A stretch of 47,241 nucleotides of DNA from Candidatus Taylorbacteria bacterium RIFCSPLOWO2_01_FULL_48_100 (GCA_001821135.1 MHSA01000001.1:1-47241); one strand, 5' to 3'. Shown: positions 24,438-32,847, counted from the stretch's first letter. Program-made: numbers and translations. Notes: generated by a model from the letters alone, not told the origin.

Positions 24438-25049
24438 ATGAAAATCCCTCACCCAAAAACAGAACGGACACTAGTGCTCATAAAGCCTGACGGCGTTCAA
24501 CGCTCGCTTATCGGCGAAATTATCGGGCGCTACGAACGCTCGGGTCTCAAGCTTGCCGGGCTTAAGATGTGCATACCGACCGAGGCGCACATTGAAGAAC
24601 ATTATTCGTTGGACCCCGCGTGGCGGCGCGTGACGGGAGAGAAAACGATAAAGGGCTACGAAAGCAAAGGGCTCACCCCGCCATCGCGCGACCCGCTTGA
24701 GATTACCGCGCGCATTCTCGCGAACCTCAAAAAGTATCTTGCGAGCGGTCCTGTCATCGCAATGGCGTGGCAAGGTGCGCACGCGGTTGCTATTGTGCGT
24801 AAGCTGACCGGCGGTACCGAACCATTAACATCAGATGTAGGCACGATTCGCGGCGATTTTGTACTTGATTCCTACCAAATGTCGGACACAGACGGCAGGG
24901 CAGTGCGCAACCTCGTGCACGCCTCTGGCTCCGTTAAAGAAGCGGAAGCGGAACTTGCACACTGGTTTTCTAAAAAAGAATTGATTGGCTATCGCCTTAT
25001 TAGCGAGCAGATTTTGTACGATGTGAATCTGGACGGGTTGCTGGAATAA
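24438..25049 (+). CDS. ndk: Nucleoside diphosphate kinase (long form with an internal insertion)
   Basis: 203 aa. Motifs: ERTLVLIKPDGVQRSLIGEIIGRYE..GLKLAGLKM and the catalytic NLVHASGS. An insertion of about 50 aa separates the conserved blocks. Confidence 0.9.
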   Translation: MKIPHPKTERTLVLIKPDGVQRSLIGEIIGRYERSGLKLAGLKMCIPTEAHIEEHYSLDPAWRRVTGEKTIKGYESKGLTPPSRDPLEITARILANLKKYLASGPVIAMAWQGAHAVAIVRKLTGGTEPLTSDVGTIRGDFVLDSYQMSDTDGRAVRNLVHASGSVKEAEAELAHWFSKKELIGYRLISEQILYDVNLDGLLE

Positions 25050-25116
25050 CATTGTATTTGTGGTTGTTTTGTGATAGTTTGCAGGGTGGATTGTGAATTG
25101 TAACAAAAGGACAAAA

Positions 25117-25716
25117 ATGCAGACAAAAGCGCTTATTTTTGACGCAGACGGAATGGTTGTGCACGGGACGCGATTTAGTATCCGCTTGGAAAAGGAGTTC
25201 GGCATCTCAACTGAAATAACAGCTCCTTTTTTCCGAAACGAATTTCAACTATGCTTGATTGGGAAGATAGACCTCAAGGTAGCACTCGTTCCTTATCTGA
25301 GACAGTGGAATTGGAAGGGAAGTGTTGATGAATTTCTTCGTGTTTGGTTTGCTGATGAACACACACAAATAGACACACGCTTCGTGTCAATTATTGGACG
25401 TATAAGGGAAAAAGGAACACAGGTGCATCTCGCGACCAATAATGAGAAATACCGCATTCACTACCTCGTCGAGACGCGCGGTCTTGGAAAATGGTTTGAC
25501 GGCATTTTTTCTTCTGCAGACATTGGCGCTAAGAAAACTGATATCGGCTTCTGGAATCATATCTTCGTCCACTACTGCAGATTTTCCAAGAAATCAGTTA
25601 CTGTCTGGGATGACGATGAGGAAAATCTAAAAGTGGCAGAAGCTTTTGGTTTGTGTACTGAGCACTATAAGAATTTCGATGGTTTTGTTCAGAAAACCAA
25701 AATGTTTTTGGAATAG
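25117..25716 (+). CDS. HAD-superfamily hydrolase
   Basis: Start at MQTKALIFDADGMVV (DxDG motif I), preceded by aaagga. A later motif is HLATNNEK, and a C-terminal VWDDDEEN motif is present. Confidence 0.8.
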   Translation: MQTKALIFDADGMVVHGTRFSIRLEKEFGISTEITAPFFRNEFQLCLIGKIDLKVALVPYLRQWNWKGSVDEFLRVWFADEHTQIDTRFVSIIGRIREKGTQVHLATNNEKYRIHYLVETRGLGKWFDGIFSSADIGAKKTDIGFWNHIFVHYCRFSKKSVTVWDDDEENLKVAEAFGLCTEHYKNFDGFVQKTKMFLE

Positions 25717-25722
25717 CATGGA

Positions 25723-25750
25723 CTGCGAGCAAGTGCTCGCAGTTTTCTTT
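25723..25750 (+). terminator. Intrinsic terminator after the HAD gene
   Basis: ctgcgagc-aagt-gctcgcag followed by ttttctttt. Confidence 0.7.
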
Positions 25751-25763
25751 TGAATACGCAAGT

Positions 25764-26113
25764 TTAACGGATTCTAATGGTGTTTTCGGTGGCGACCGTG
25801 AATTTTCCGCTCAATTTTTCACCATGTTGTTTGAGCACACTCGCAATTACCGATGTGATATTTCCGTAGTTTTCTTTTTGGAGTCGCAGAAACAACACAC
25901 CGACATGTTGTTTGGAATCTCTAAAAACCAGCGTACCAAAATCTCGATCAAGCGTGACTATAATTCGTCTTTCTTAGCGCGTTTCAGAACGGAATGATCT
26001 GTCGCGCTAGAAGAATTCTCTAGAATACTTACCACATCAAAACCATTCCGGCGAAGATCTTGTGTGGTTCGCACTCCTATATTTTCATCAAGCAAAAGCC
26101 GCAACTTTTCCAT
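25764..26113 (-). pseudogene. DUF5615-type (PIN-like) toxin gene disrupted by a frameshift
   Basis: The N-terminal frame reads MEKLRLLLDENIGVRTTQDLRRNGFDVVSILENSSSATDHSVLKRAKKDEL and then stops. The C-terminal part (IIVTLDRDFGTLVF...GVLFLRLQ...) continues in another frame. The 350-nt span is not a multiple of 3. Confidence 0.65.
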
Positions 26114-26348
26114 GATATGTTGTTTTGAGCGGATACACTAGTTCTTCTTCAACGAGCGCCGCGGCATATTCAATAGCGGCCTGAATATCTTCGGTTTGCA
26201 GATTCGGATAATTTTCAAGGATTGTTTTCGGTTCCAGTCCTTGCGCCAACTGACGCAAAACAAGCTCCACTGTTATCCGTGTGCCTTTAACGACTGGCTT
26301 TCCAAGCATAATGTTTGGGTTTGTTTCAATGCGTTCGTTCATACACAC
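26088..26348 (-). CDS. DUF433-family antitoxin-like protein
   Basis: 86 aa. Motif: NPNIMLGKPVVKGTRITVELVLRQLAQG...ILENYPNLQTEDIQAAIEYA. It overlaps the start of the downstream DUF5615 remnant. Confidence 0.8.
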   Translation of the reverse strand: MCMNERIETNPNIMLGKPVVKGTRITVELVLRQLAQGLEPKTILENYPNLQTEDIQAAIEYAAALVEEELVYPLKTTYHGKVAAFA

Positions 26349-26418
26349 CTAATAGTAGAGGATTATATTATTTTAGTCAAACCGTGCTCTGACAGGCTAA
26401 TGGCGGATTAAATGCCCC

Positions 26419-26475
26419 CGCCTCATCTCCGAACAGATTTTGTATGATGTGAATCTGGACGGGTTGCTGGAGTAA
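26419..26475 (+). repeat. Orphan second copy of the ndk 3' end (57 bp)
   Basis: It matches 24993-25049 at 50 of 57 positions. Both copies translate to RLISEQILYDVNLDGLLE-stop, and all 7 differences are synonymous. Confidence 0.85.
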
Positions 26476-26490
26476 TTAATTCTTAACAGA

Positions 26491-26562
26491 TACGCCCGGA
26501 GGGACTCGAACCCCCAACAAATCGCGTATAAGGCGACTGCTCTACCATTGAGCTACGGGCGT
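26491..26562 (-). tRNA. tRNA with anticodon UAU (tRNA-Ile, AUA-reading type); CCA not encoded
   Basis: Manual cloverleaf: acceptor ACGCCCG/CGGGCGT, D arm GCTC-AATGGTA-GAGC, anticodon arm GTCGC-CTTATAC-GCGAT, variable loop TTGTT, T arm GGGGG-TTCGAGT-CCCTC, discriminator A. Confidence 0.85.
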
Positions 26563-26598
26563 GCATTGAAATCGTAACGCAAAGAAGCAATGGCCGCA

Positions 26599-26638
26599 AT
26601 AAGAAACCCCCGCCGCGCAATGCACAGCGCGGCGGGGG
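26599..26638 (-). terminator. Intrinsic terminator downstream of the ftsH unit
   Basis: A 12-bp GC stem pairs cccccgccgcgc with gcgcggcggggg around an 8-nt loop. On the minus strand it is followed by tttctt. Confidence 0.7.
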
Positions 26639-26656
26639 CGGAGGAACTTGGCTCAT

Positions 26657-26833
26657 CTAGAGCCGGTCTAGCAAATCTTCGCGAAACGCTTCACGGACGC
26701 GATAGTTGAAATGATTGGCGGTCGCTCTTTCTTCCGATGTTCGCATTTGAAGAATGTGTGTGGGAGCGGTCTGCGCAGGTTTTTGTTTGCGTCTTTGCGT
26801 ATTGCGTTTGTAGATTTTTGGTGTGCGCGCCAT
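26657..26833 (-). CDS. Hypothetical small basic protein (58 aa) downstream of ftsH
   Basis: This ATG-initiated frame reads MARTPKIYKRNTQRRKQKPAQ...FNYRVREAFREDLLDRL and falls just below the ORF-track cutoff. It competes with the listed overlapping ORF 26668-26871 in another frame. Neither could be verified. Confidence 0.3.
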   Translation of the reverse strand: MARTPKIYKRNTQRRKQKPAQTAPTHILQMRTSEERATANHFNYRVREAFREDLLDRL

Positions 26834-26905
26834 AACATCTCGCTTTCTTGAATTAAAAAAACTATTTCCACCTATAATCTTACCGCATGGTGTATTTTTT
26901 GCAAG

Positions 26906-28801
26906 TTAAATCTCTTGTTTCTTTTTCGGCACGATTCCGTTGGCGATAAGGAGCTTTTCAAACTCGTCGCGTTCAATTGTTTCCACCTCAATAAGTTTTT
27001 TTGCAATTGTGTCCAGTGCTTTTCTGTGTTTCTTCAAGATGTCGGTGGCGCGCCCTTCCGCCTCCGACATAATGCGCGCGACTTCCGAGTCAACAACAGA
27101 TCCAACTTTTTCCGAATATTCCCGCGCCGCATACTCTCCGCCAAAAGGCGACAGCCCCGCCGATTCTTCCAGCGCAATCGGCCCTATTTTATCCGACATA
27201 CCGTAGCGCGTTACCATATCGCGTGCAAGCGCGGTCGCGACTGCGAGGTCGTTTGATGAGCCAGTTGTGAGGTCGTCAAAGAGCATCTTTTCGGCAACGA
27301 ACCCACCGAGCGATACGGCGATATCGTCCAGAAACTCTTTGCGGGATTGAAGTTTTCTATCTTCAATCGGAAGCTTTAGTGTATATCCCGCAGCGCGCCC
27401 GCGTGAGATGATGGACACTTTGTGCACCGGGTCGGCGTGTTCAAGAACTGACGCCGCGAGCGCGTGCCCCGCTTCGTGGTATGCGGTTATCTCTTTTTCT
27501 TTCACCGACAAGAGGTGGCTACGGCGTTCGGGGCCGAGCATTACTTTTTCAATTGAGCGAATTAGGTCGTATTGCGTTACAGTGGCGCGGTTTTCGCGCG
27601 CGGCGAGAATCGCACTTTCGTTCATAAGAGAATAAAGGTCAGCACCGGAGAAACCTGGTGTGCGCTCGGCAATCACGCGCAAGTTCACATCTTCAAACAA
27701 GGGCTTGCCGCGCGCATGGATTTTAAGGATTTCCTCGCGGTCGCCGCGGTCGGGCAAATCCACCACCACGCGCCGGTCAAAGCGCCCCGGGCGCACAAGC
27801 GCGGGGTCCAGCACATCTGGACGGTTCGTCGCCGCCATCACAACGAGGCGGTCAGTCGGTTCAAAGCCGTCTAGTTCCACAAGGATTTGATTGAGCGTCT
27901 GCTCGCGCTCGTCGTTGCCGCCGCCCATTCCGCCGCCGCGCACGCGCCCAACCGCGTCAATTTCGTCTATAAAAATAATGGACGGCGCTGACTTTTTCGC
28001 CATATTAAAGAGGTCGCGCACGCGCGAGGCGCCCACTCCCACAAACATTTCCACAAATTCCGAGCCGGAGATGGAAAAAAATGGGACATTCGCTTCGCCG
28101 GCGACCGCGCGCGCGAGAAGCGTCTTACCAGTTCCCGACGCGCCCATTAGGAGCACTCCTTTTGGGATTTGCGCGCCGATGTCTAGAAACTTTTTCGGAT
28201 TTTTGAGAAAATCAACAATTTCTTTTAATTCCTCTTTCGCTTCTTTCGCGCCCGCAACATCTTTGAACGAAACCTTCTGCTTTTTATCGTGCGGGAAGAT
28301 TATGCGAGCTTTTGACTGCCCGAACGAAAGCGCCTGCATTCCAGCGCCGCGCACTTGGCGCGACAAAAACCAGATTAGGAAAGCGAGCAGGAGAATAGGT
28401 AATAGAAATGGTGCAATATTGCCGAACCAGTACGAAAATCCGCTTGGCCGCTTGACGGTGAGCGTGAGCGCGCCGAGTTTTTGTTCTGGCACGCCGAGCG
28501 CCTGCAATGTCTCGGTAACGGACACCCCTGCTTCTTTCTTAGCAAAAATATGCGGCGCATCCGGCTTTGTATCTTTGTAAATCGCTTCAATTTCGTCCTG
28601 CCTCGCGATAATTTCTACGACTTTACCGCTCGTAATGTCTGCGGCGAGCGCGGAGAGCGCAATTTCCTCGCGGGTACCATTTTGCTCTGTCAAAAATGAG
28701 TACGCGCTGGTGAGCGTGAGGAAGATTAGGAGCGCGACAGCGCCGTGGCGCGCGAGCGACAGCGGAGCCATGTTTTTCGGCTTCTTTTCTTTGTTTTCCA
28801 T
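26906..28801 (-). CDS. ftsH: ATP-dependent zinc metalloprotease FtsH
   Basis: 631 aa. Motifs: Walker [19 protein letters not shown], Walker [13 protein letters not shown], and the HEAGHAL zinc site. Confidence 0.97.
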   Translation of the reverse strand: MENKEKKPKNMAPLSLARHGAVALLIFLTLTSAYSFLTEQNGTREEIALSALAADITSGKVVEIIARQDEIEAIYKDTKPDAPHIFAKKEAGVSVTETLQALGVPEQKLGALTLTVKRPSGFSYWFGNIAPFLLPILLLAFLIWFLSRQVRGAGMQALSFGQSKARIIFPHDKKQKVSFKDVAGAKEAKEELKEIVDFLKNPKKFLDIGAQIPKGVLLMGASGTGKTLLARAVAGEANVPFFSISGSEFVEMFVGVGASRVRDLFNMAKKSAPSIIFIDEIDAVGRVRGGGMGGGNDEREQTLNQILVELDGFEPTDRLVVMAATNRPDVLDPALVRPGRFDRRVVVDLPDRGDREEILKIHARGKPLFEDVNLRVIAERTPGFSGADLYSLMNESAILAARENRATVTQYDLIRSIEKVMLGPERRSHLLSVKEKEITAYHEAGHALAASVLEHADPVHKVSIISRGRAAGYTLKLPIEDRKLQSRKEFLDDIAVSLGGFVAEKMLFDDLTTGSSNDLAVATALARDMVTRYGMSDKIGPIALEESAGLSPFGGEYAAREYSEKVGSVVDSEVARIMSEAEGRATDILKKHRKALDTIAKKLIEVETIERDEFEKLLIANGIVPKKKQEI

Positions 28802-28848
28802 AGCGATTTATTATATCACTCTTTTCCAGTTTGTGCTACTATTGTGCT

Positions 28849-29292
28849 ATGTCCCTCGTGGAAAACAAAAAAGCGCGATTCAATTATGAATTTATGCGCA
28901 CGCTGGAGGCGGGCATAGAACTTTTCGGTCTTGAAGTGAAGTCGTTACGCCAAAAACAGGGCGCGTTGGACGGCGCGTATGTGATTGCGCGCGGAGGCGA
29001 GGCGTTCCTCGTCGGCGCGTACATTCCGCAGTATCAGCCGAAAAATACGCCAAAGGGTTACGACCCAAGGCGCAATCGCAAACTTCTACTCACGAAAAAG
29101 GAGATTGCGGAGCTTGCTGGGAACGAACTCAAGAATGGTTTGACAATAATACCTGTGTCAGTGTATAATAAAGGGAGGAAGATTAAGGTGGAAATTACGG
29201 TTGCGCGCGGCAAGAAGAAGTATGACAAGCGCGAAACGCTAAAGCGACGCGATGCGGAGCGAGAAATGCAGAGAACCTTGAAAAACCAATAG
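28849..29292 (+). CDS. smpB: SsrA-binding protein SmpB
   Basis: Start at MSLVENKKARFNYEF. Motifs: GIELFGLEVKSLR, RKLLL.KKEI. tmRNA follows directly. Confidence 0.94.
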   Translation: MSLVENKKARFNYEFMRTLEAGIELFGLEVKSLRQKQGALDGAYVIARGGEAFLVGAYIPQYQPKNTPKGYDPRRNRKLLLTKKEIAELAGNELKNGLTIIPVSVYNKGRKIKVEITVARGKKKYDKRETLKRRDAEREMQRTLKNQ

Positions 29293-29327
29293 AAAAACAT
29301 TTTCGCCACAGGCGAAAAGTGTTTTAG

Positions 29328-29709
29328 GGGGATGCAAGGCATAGACAAAAGCGTACATCTCGCGTGTGCAAGGTGGAGCTCCAACAACTCCTTAAACGGT
29401 TGGAAACCTAACTGCAAAAACAGTTGCTAAAGCAGTCGCTTCTCCATTTTTTGGAGTAAACGATTTTGCTTTCGCTCGCGCTTCGGCGTAAGCGACATTC
29501 GCCGTCCAACGCCTCAGCGGACGGACCGAGTGTTGTATCAGGGGCTAGAAATCTTGAGCGTCTCGGCAGGATTTTGAAAATAAGAGAATCGTGTATAAAG
29601 TATTTTGTTCGTTTATAGCTTCATACATTAAAAAAACAAAACGGCACTAAACCTTGTAGATTCACGCGCGACGAACTTTTGCACCCGAGTTCAATTCTCG
29701 GCATCTCCA
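29328..29709 (+). ncRNA. ssrA: tmRNA (SsrA)
   Basis: The 5' GGGGAUG pairs with the 3' CAUCUCC plus discriminator A, including a G3:U70 pair. The T arm is ccgag-ttcaatt-ctcgg. An internal tag frame ends ...GVNDFAFARASA-taa (29453-29491). The gene lies directly downstream of smpB. CCA is not encoded. Confidence 0.85.
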
Positions 29710-29716
29710 TTCGTAA

Positions 29717-29751
29717 TAAAAAACGGCTCAACGCGCGCTGAGCCGTTTTTT
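29717..29751. terminator. Intrinsic terminator (conserved hairpin family), copy 3
   Basis: aaaaaacggctcaacgcgcgctgagccgtttttt lies right after the tmRNA. Confidence 0.8.
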
Positions 29752-29908
29752 AATTGTAACTAGAAAAAAAGTTGTCCACACTTTTGCGGGAGATTTTGTT
29801 GTGTAATGCGCGCGGACGCGCGATAATAAACATGCCTATGCAATTTTTCTGCGGAGGTCGGCGGAAAAATTGTACGCTTTGAAAGTTTTGTAATATTTTT
29901 TCACTCCT

Positions 29909-29992
29909 ATGGCAAAGAAAAGAAAAACGAAGAAGACGGCAAAAAAGAGAAAAACAACAAAGAAGAGAAAAGGTTCTCGCCGCCGCAGGTAA
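29909..29992 (+). CDS. Candidate 27-aa Lys/Arg-rich micro-protein
   Basis: MAKKRKTKKTAKKRKTTKKRKGSRRRR-stop. There is no SD. A possible promoter TTGTAC-N18-TATTTT ends about 10 nt upstream. The composition resembles very small basic ribosomal proteins. This is unverified. Confidence 0.3.
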   Translation: MAKKRKTKKTAKKRKTTKKRKGSRRRR

Positions 29993-30035
29993 GTCGGTTG
30001 CATGCTCTATGTGTTTGCGCGTATGATATCGCTCT

Positions 30036-31268
30036 ATGCGCGCAAATCCGTTTGAGAATGCACTAGTACAACTCGCGCGCGCAGCGCGCGTAAAAAAGTT
30101 TTCTCCCGAACTCCTCGCACGCCTCGCACGTCCAGAGCGTGAGATTAATGTTGCGATTCCAGTGCGGATGGACAACGGGAACGCGCGCATCTTTGACGGC
30201 TACCGTGTCCAGCATTCTAATCTACGCGGCCCATACAAGGGCGGCATCCGGTATCATCCCGACACCGATATCAACGAAGTGCGCGCGCTCGCGTTTTGGA
30301 TGACACTCAAGACAGCCGTTGCGAACATTCCGTTCGGTGGTGGGAAGGGCGGCGTTGCCGTTGACCCGAAGACACTTTCCAAAGGTGAATTGGAACGGCT
30401 CTCACGCGCGTTTGTGCGCGCGCTCGCGCCAGTACTTGGCGCTCGCGCAGATATTCCAGCGCCGGATGTGAACACCACGCCGGAGATTATGAATTGGATG
30501 GAGGACGAGTACGAGAAAATAACCGGCGATAAAACTGGGGCAACATTTACTGGGAAGCCGCTAGGCAGTGGTGGTTCAGAGGGGCGCGGCGCGGCGACCG
30601 GGCTCGGCGGGTTTTTCGTCTTTGACGCATTGCGCGAAATTCTCGGTGTGAGAAAAGGCGCGAGCGTCGCGGTGCAGGGTATAGGCAATGTAGGCGCGCA
30701 CGCGGCGCGTATATTTGAAGAACACGGATACAGAGTCGTTGCACTCTCCGATTCTAAAAGCGGAATTTATAACGAAGACGGGGTTTTTGTTTCCGAAGTG
30801 ATTGCGCACAAGAAAAAGTACGGGACGCTCTCAGGATTTCCAAACGCACACACTGTCTCAAACGAAAAACTCCTGATGCTTCCGGTTGATGTACTCATTC
30901 CAGCCGCGCTTGAGAATCAAATTACCAAGAAAAATGCGCGCACCGTGAAAGCAAAAATAATTTTAGAACTCGCCAACGGTCCGACAACGCCGGAAGCAGA
31001 CGACATTCTCTTTAAGCGCGGTATCCACGTCGTGCCCGACATTCTTGCAAATGCGGGCGGCGTGACCGTGTCGTATTTTGAGTGGGTGCAAAATCTAAAA
31101 AGAGAGCATTGGACGGAAGATTCAGTATTTCGTAAATTGCGGGCGATGCTCGCGCGCGAAGCGCGCGCTATTTTCGCGCGCTCGCGCGCGCTTAAAACCG
31201 ACTTGCGCCGCGCGGCGTTTGTAGTTGCGTTGGAACGGATAGAAAAATCCTTACGCAATAAAAAGTAA
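30036..31268 (+). CDS. gdh: Glutamate dehydrogenase (Glu/Leu/Phe/Val dehydrogenase family)
   Basis: 410 aa. Motifs: RGPYKGGIRYHP, the catalytic-Lys block IPFGGGKGGV, and the Rossmann motif VAVQGIGNVG. Confidence 0.93.
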   Translation: MRANPFENALVQLARAARVKKFSPELLARLARPEREINVAIPVRMDNGNARIFDGYRVQHSNLRGPYKGGIRYHPDTDINEVRALAFWMTLKTAVANIPFGGGKGGVAVDPKTLSKGELERLSRAFVRALAPVLGARADIPAPDVNTTPEIMNWMEDEYEKITGDKTGATFTGKPLGSGGSEGRGAATGLGGFFVFDALREILGVRKGASVAVQGIGNVGAHAARIFEEHGYRVVALSDSKSGIYNEDGVFVSEVIAHKKKYGTLSGFPNAHTVSNEKLLMLPVDVLIPAALENQITKKNARTVKAKIILELANGPTTPEADDILFKRGIHVVPDILANAGGVTVSYFEWVQNLKREHWTEDSVFRKLRAMLAREARAIFARSRALKTDLRRAAFVVALERIEKSLRNKK

Positions 31269-31408
31269 AACCCCGTCGCGCTAAACAACGGGGTGTCTCA
31301 TGGCGTGGTATCCACGAGAGCAATGAAGCGCTGAAAAGAACGGGTGTTTTGTCGAACAGCGACAAGACCTATATGCACTTATAATACACCAGAACCAAGT
31401 TTTCGCAA

Positions 31409-32089
31409 ATGCGGTACAATCAATCTATGATTAAAATTGAGCCGTCATGGGGTAAGGTGCTAGCGGAGGAATTTGAAAAACCGTACTTCAAGAATCTTGC
31501 GGAATTCATACGCGGAGAATATCTTTCCGCAAAAGTGTTTCCGCCTCCTCGGTTTATTTTCCGTGCGTTTGAGCTATGTCCGTTTGGAGATACAAAAATT
31601 GTCTTGTTGGGGCAGGACCCGTACCATGGCGACGGTCAAGCGCATGGACTATGTTTTTCTGTGCCGGAAAAGGAGGATGTGCCGCCCTCGCTTGCGAATA
31701 TTTACAAAGAAATTGCAAATGATGTCGGAGGCACGCCGCCTACACACGGCAATTTGGAGGAGTGGGCAAAGCAGGGGGTGCTTCTCTTAAACGCGACGCT
31801 TACCGTTCGCGCACACAGTGCCGGTTCGCATCAGGGGAAAGGGTGGGAGGAGTTTACGGACGCGGTCATTAAAAAACTCTCTGCCGAAAAAGAAAATCTC
31901 GTCTTTTTGCTCTGGGGCAACTACGCAAAGAAAAAGAGCGGGCTAGTTGATTGGGAAAAGCACCTCGCGCTGGAAGCCGCACACCCGTCGCCATTTTCCG
32001 CACACAGCGGCTTTTTCGGATGTAAGCATTTTAGCCAGACGAACGATTATCTCACAAAGCACAGCAAAGAGCCGATAAGGTGGGTGTAA
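31409..32089 (+). CDS. ung: Uracil-DNA glycosylase (family 1)
   Basis: 226 aa. Motifs: VLLGQDPYHGDGQAHGLCFSV, LLLNATLTV, HPSP. The start may instead be the ATG at 31427. Confidence 0.93.
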   Translation: MRYNQSMIKIEPSWGKVLAEEFEKPYFKNLAEFIRGEYLSAKVFPPPRFIFRAFELCPFGDTKIVLLGQDPYHGDGQAHGLCFSVPEKEDVPPSLANIYKEIANDVGGTPPTHGNLEEWAKQGVLLLNATLTVRAHSAGSHQGKGWEEFTDAVIKKLSAEKENLVFLLWGNYAKKKSGLVDWEKHLALEAAHPSPFSAHSGFFGCKHFSQTNDYLTKHSKEPIRWV

Positions 32090-32146
32090 TATTGCGGTAT
32101 TTTTACGATTGTGTTACGATACTTATACCGTAATTTTGAGTAATTT

Positions 32147-32659
32147 GTGAGCACCATACGAGCAAGAATAAATCATCAGATACGCGCAGCGGAACTTCGG
32201 GTTATAGGACCCGAAGGAGAGAATCTCGGCGTGTTGCCGCTTTCCGCGGCTCTAAAAAAAGCCGAGGATTTCGGTAGCGATTTGATTGAGATTTCGCCTG
32301 ATGCGAATCCGCCAGTCGCGAAGGTGATGGATTACGGGAAGTATCAATACGAGGAGAGCAAGAAACGCAAGTCGGCGCAAGCAAAGAGCAAGGCAGGCGA
32401 GGTTAAAAGCGCACAAATTAAAATCGGTACGAGCGAGCACGACCTAGCGCTGAAGGCGAAAAAGACAGGAGAGTGGCTTGGAGAAGGGAATCGCGTGAAG
32501 ATTGAGCTTTTCCTCGCGGGCAGAGCGAAGTTTCTTGACGAGAAGTTTTTGCGGGAGCGGTTGGAGCGAATATTGAAGATTGTTCCAGTCGCATACAAAA
32601 TCGCAGACCCGGTCCGCCGAGGTCCTAAAGGACTCACGATTATTATAGAAAAACAATAA
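32147..32659 (+). CDS. infC: Translation initiation factor IF-3
   Basis: 170 aa with a GTG start. Motifs: INHQIRAAELRVIGPEGENLGV, PPVAKVMDYGKYQYE. Confidence 0.93.
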   Translation: MSTIRARINHQIRAAELRVIGPEGENLGVLPLSAALKKAEDFGSDLIEISPDANPPVAKVMDYGKYQYEESKKRKSAQAKSKAGEVKSAQIKIGTSEHDLALKAKKTGEWLGEGNRVKIELFLAGRAKFLDEKFLRERLERILKIVPVAYKIADPVRRGPKGLTIIIEKQ

Positions 32660-32662
32660 GTA

Positions 32663-32843
32663 TATGAGGGTCAATAAAACATTTACAGACAGAATAAGAA
32701 TTACCAAAAACGGCAAACAAATGTCGCGCGCTAAGGGGCAGGACCATTTTAATGCGAAGGAGTCGGGCAGAAGCCAATTTCGCAAGGGGCGCAGTGTGCG
32801 GACGGCATTTAAGAAGAAAACCATTTCAAGATATTTAGCATAA
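32663..32843 (+). CDS. rpmI: 50S ribosomal protein L35, with the reading frame interrupted by one extra nucleotide (needs a +1 shift at the TTT at 32700-32702)
   Basis: The frame from the ATG at 32663 reads MRVNKTFTDRIRI and then stops at 32732. The L35-like continuation TKNGKQMSRAKGQDHFNAKESGRSQFRKGRSV...SRYLA is in the +1 frame and ends at 32843. The 181-nt span is not a multiple of 3. The gene sits in the canonical infC-rpmI-rplT position. Confidence 0.75.
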
Positions 32844-32847
32844 TTTT

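Noticed and set aside
26668-26871. Listed 67-aa minus-strand ORF downstream of ftsH
   Set aside because: It is not clearly coding (MEIVFLIQESEMLWRAHQ...). An overlapping 58-aa ATG frame (26657-26833) looks at least as protein-like. Neither can be confirmed, so only the latter is reported, at low confidence.
29750-30190. 146-aa minus-strand ORF
   Set aside because: It overlaps the gdh start and the terminator hairpin, has an Arg/Ser/Phe-rich composition, and shows no domain signature.
32699-32704. Programmed +1 ribosomal frameshifting in rpmI as the primary explanation
   Set aside because: The site has no stop or hungry codon in the zero frame and no upstream SD-like stimulator. An indel, real or from assembly, is more parsimonious. 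It is kept as a minor alternative in the finding.
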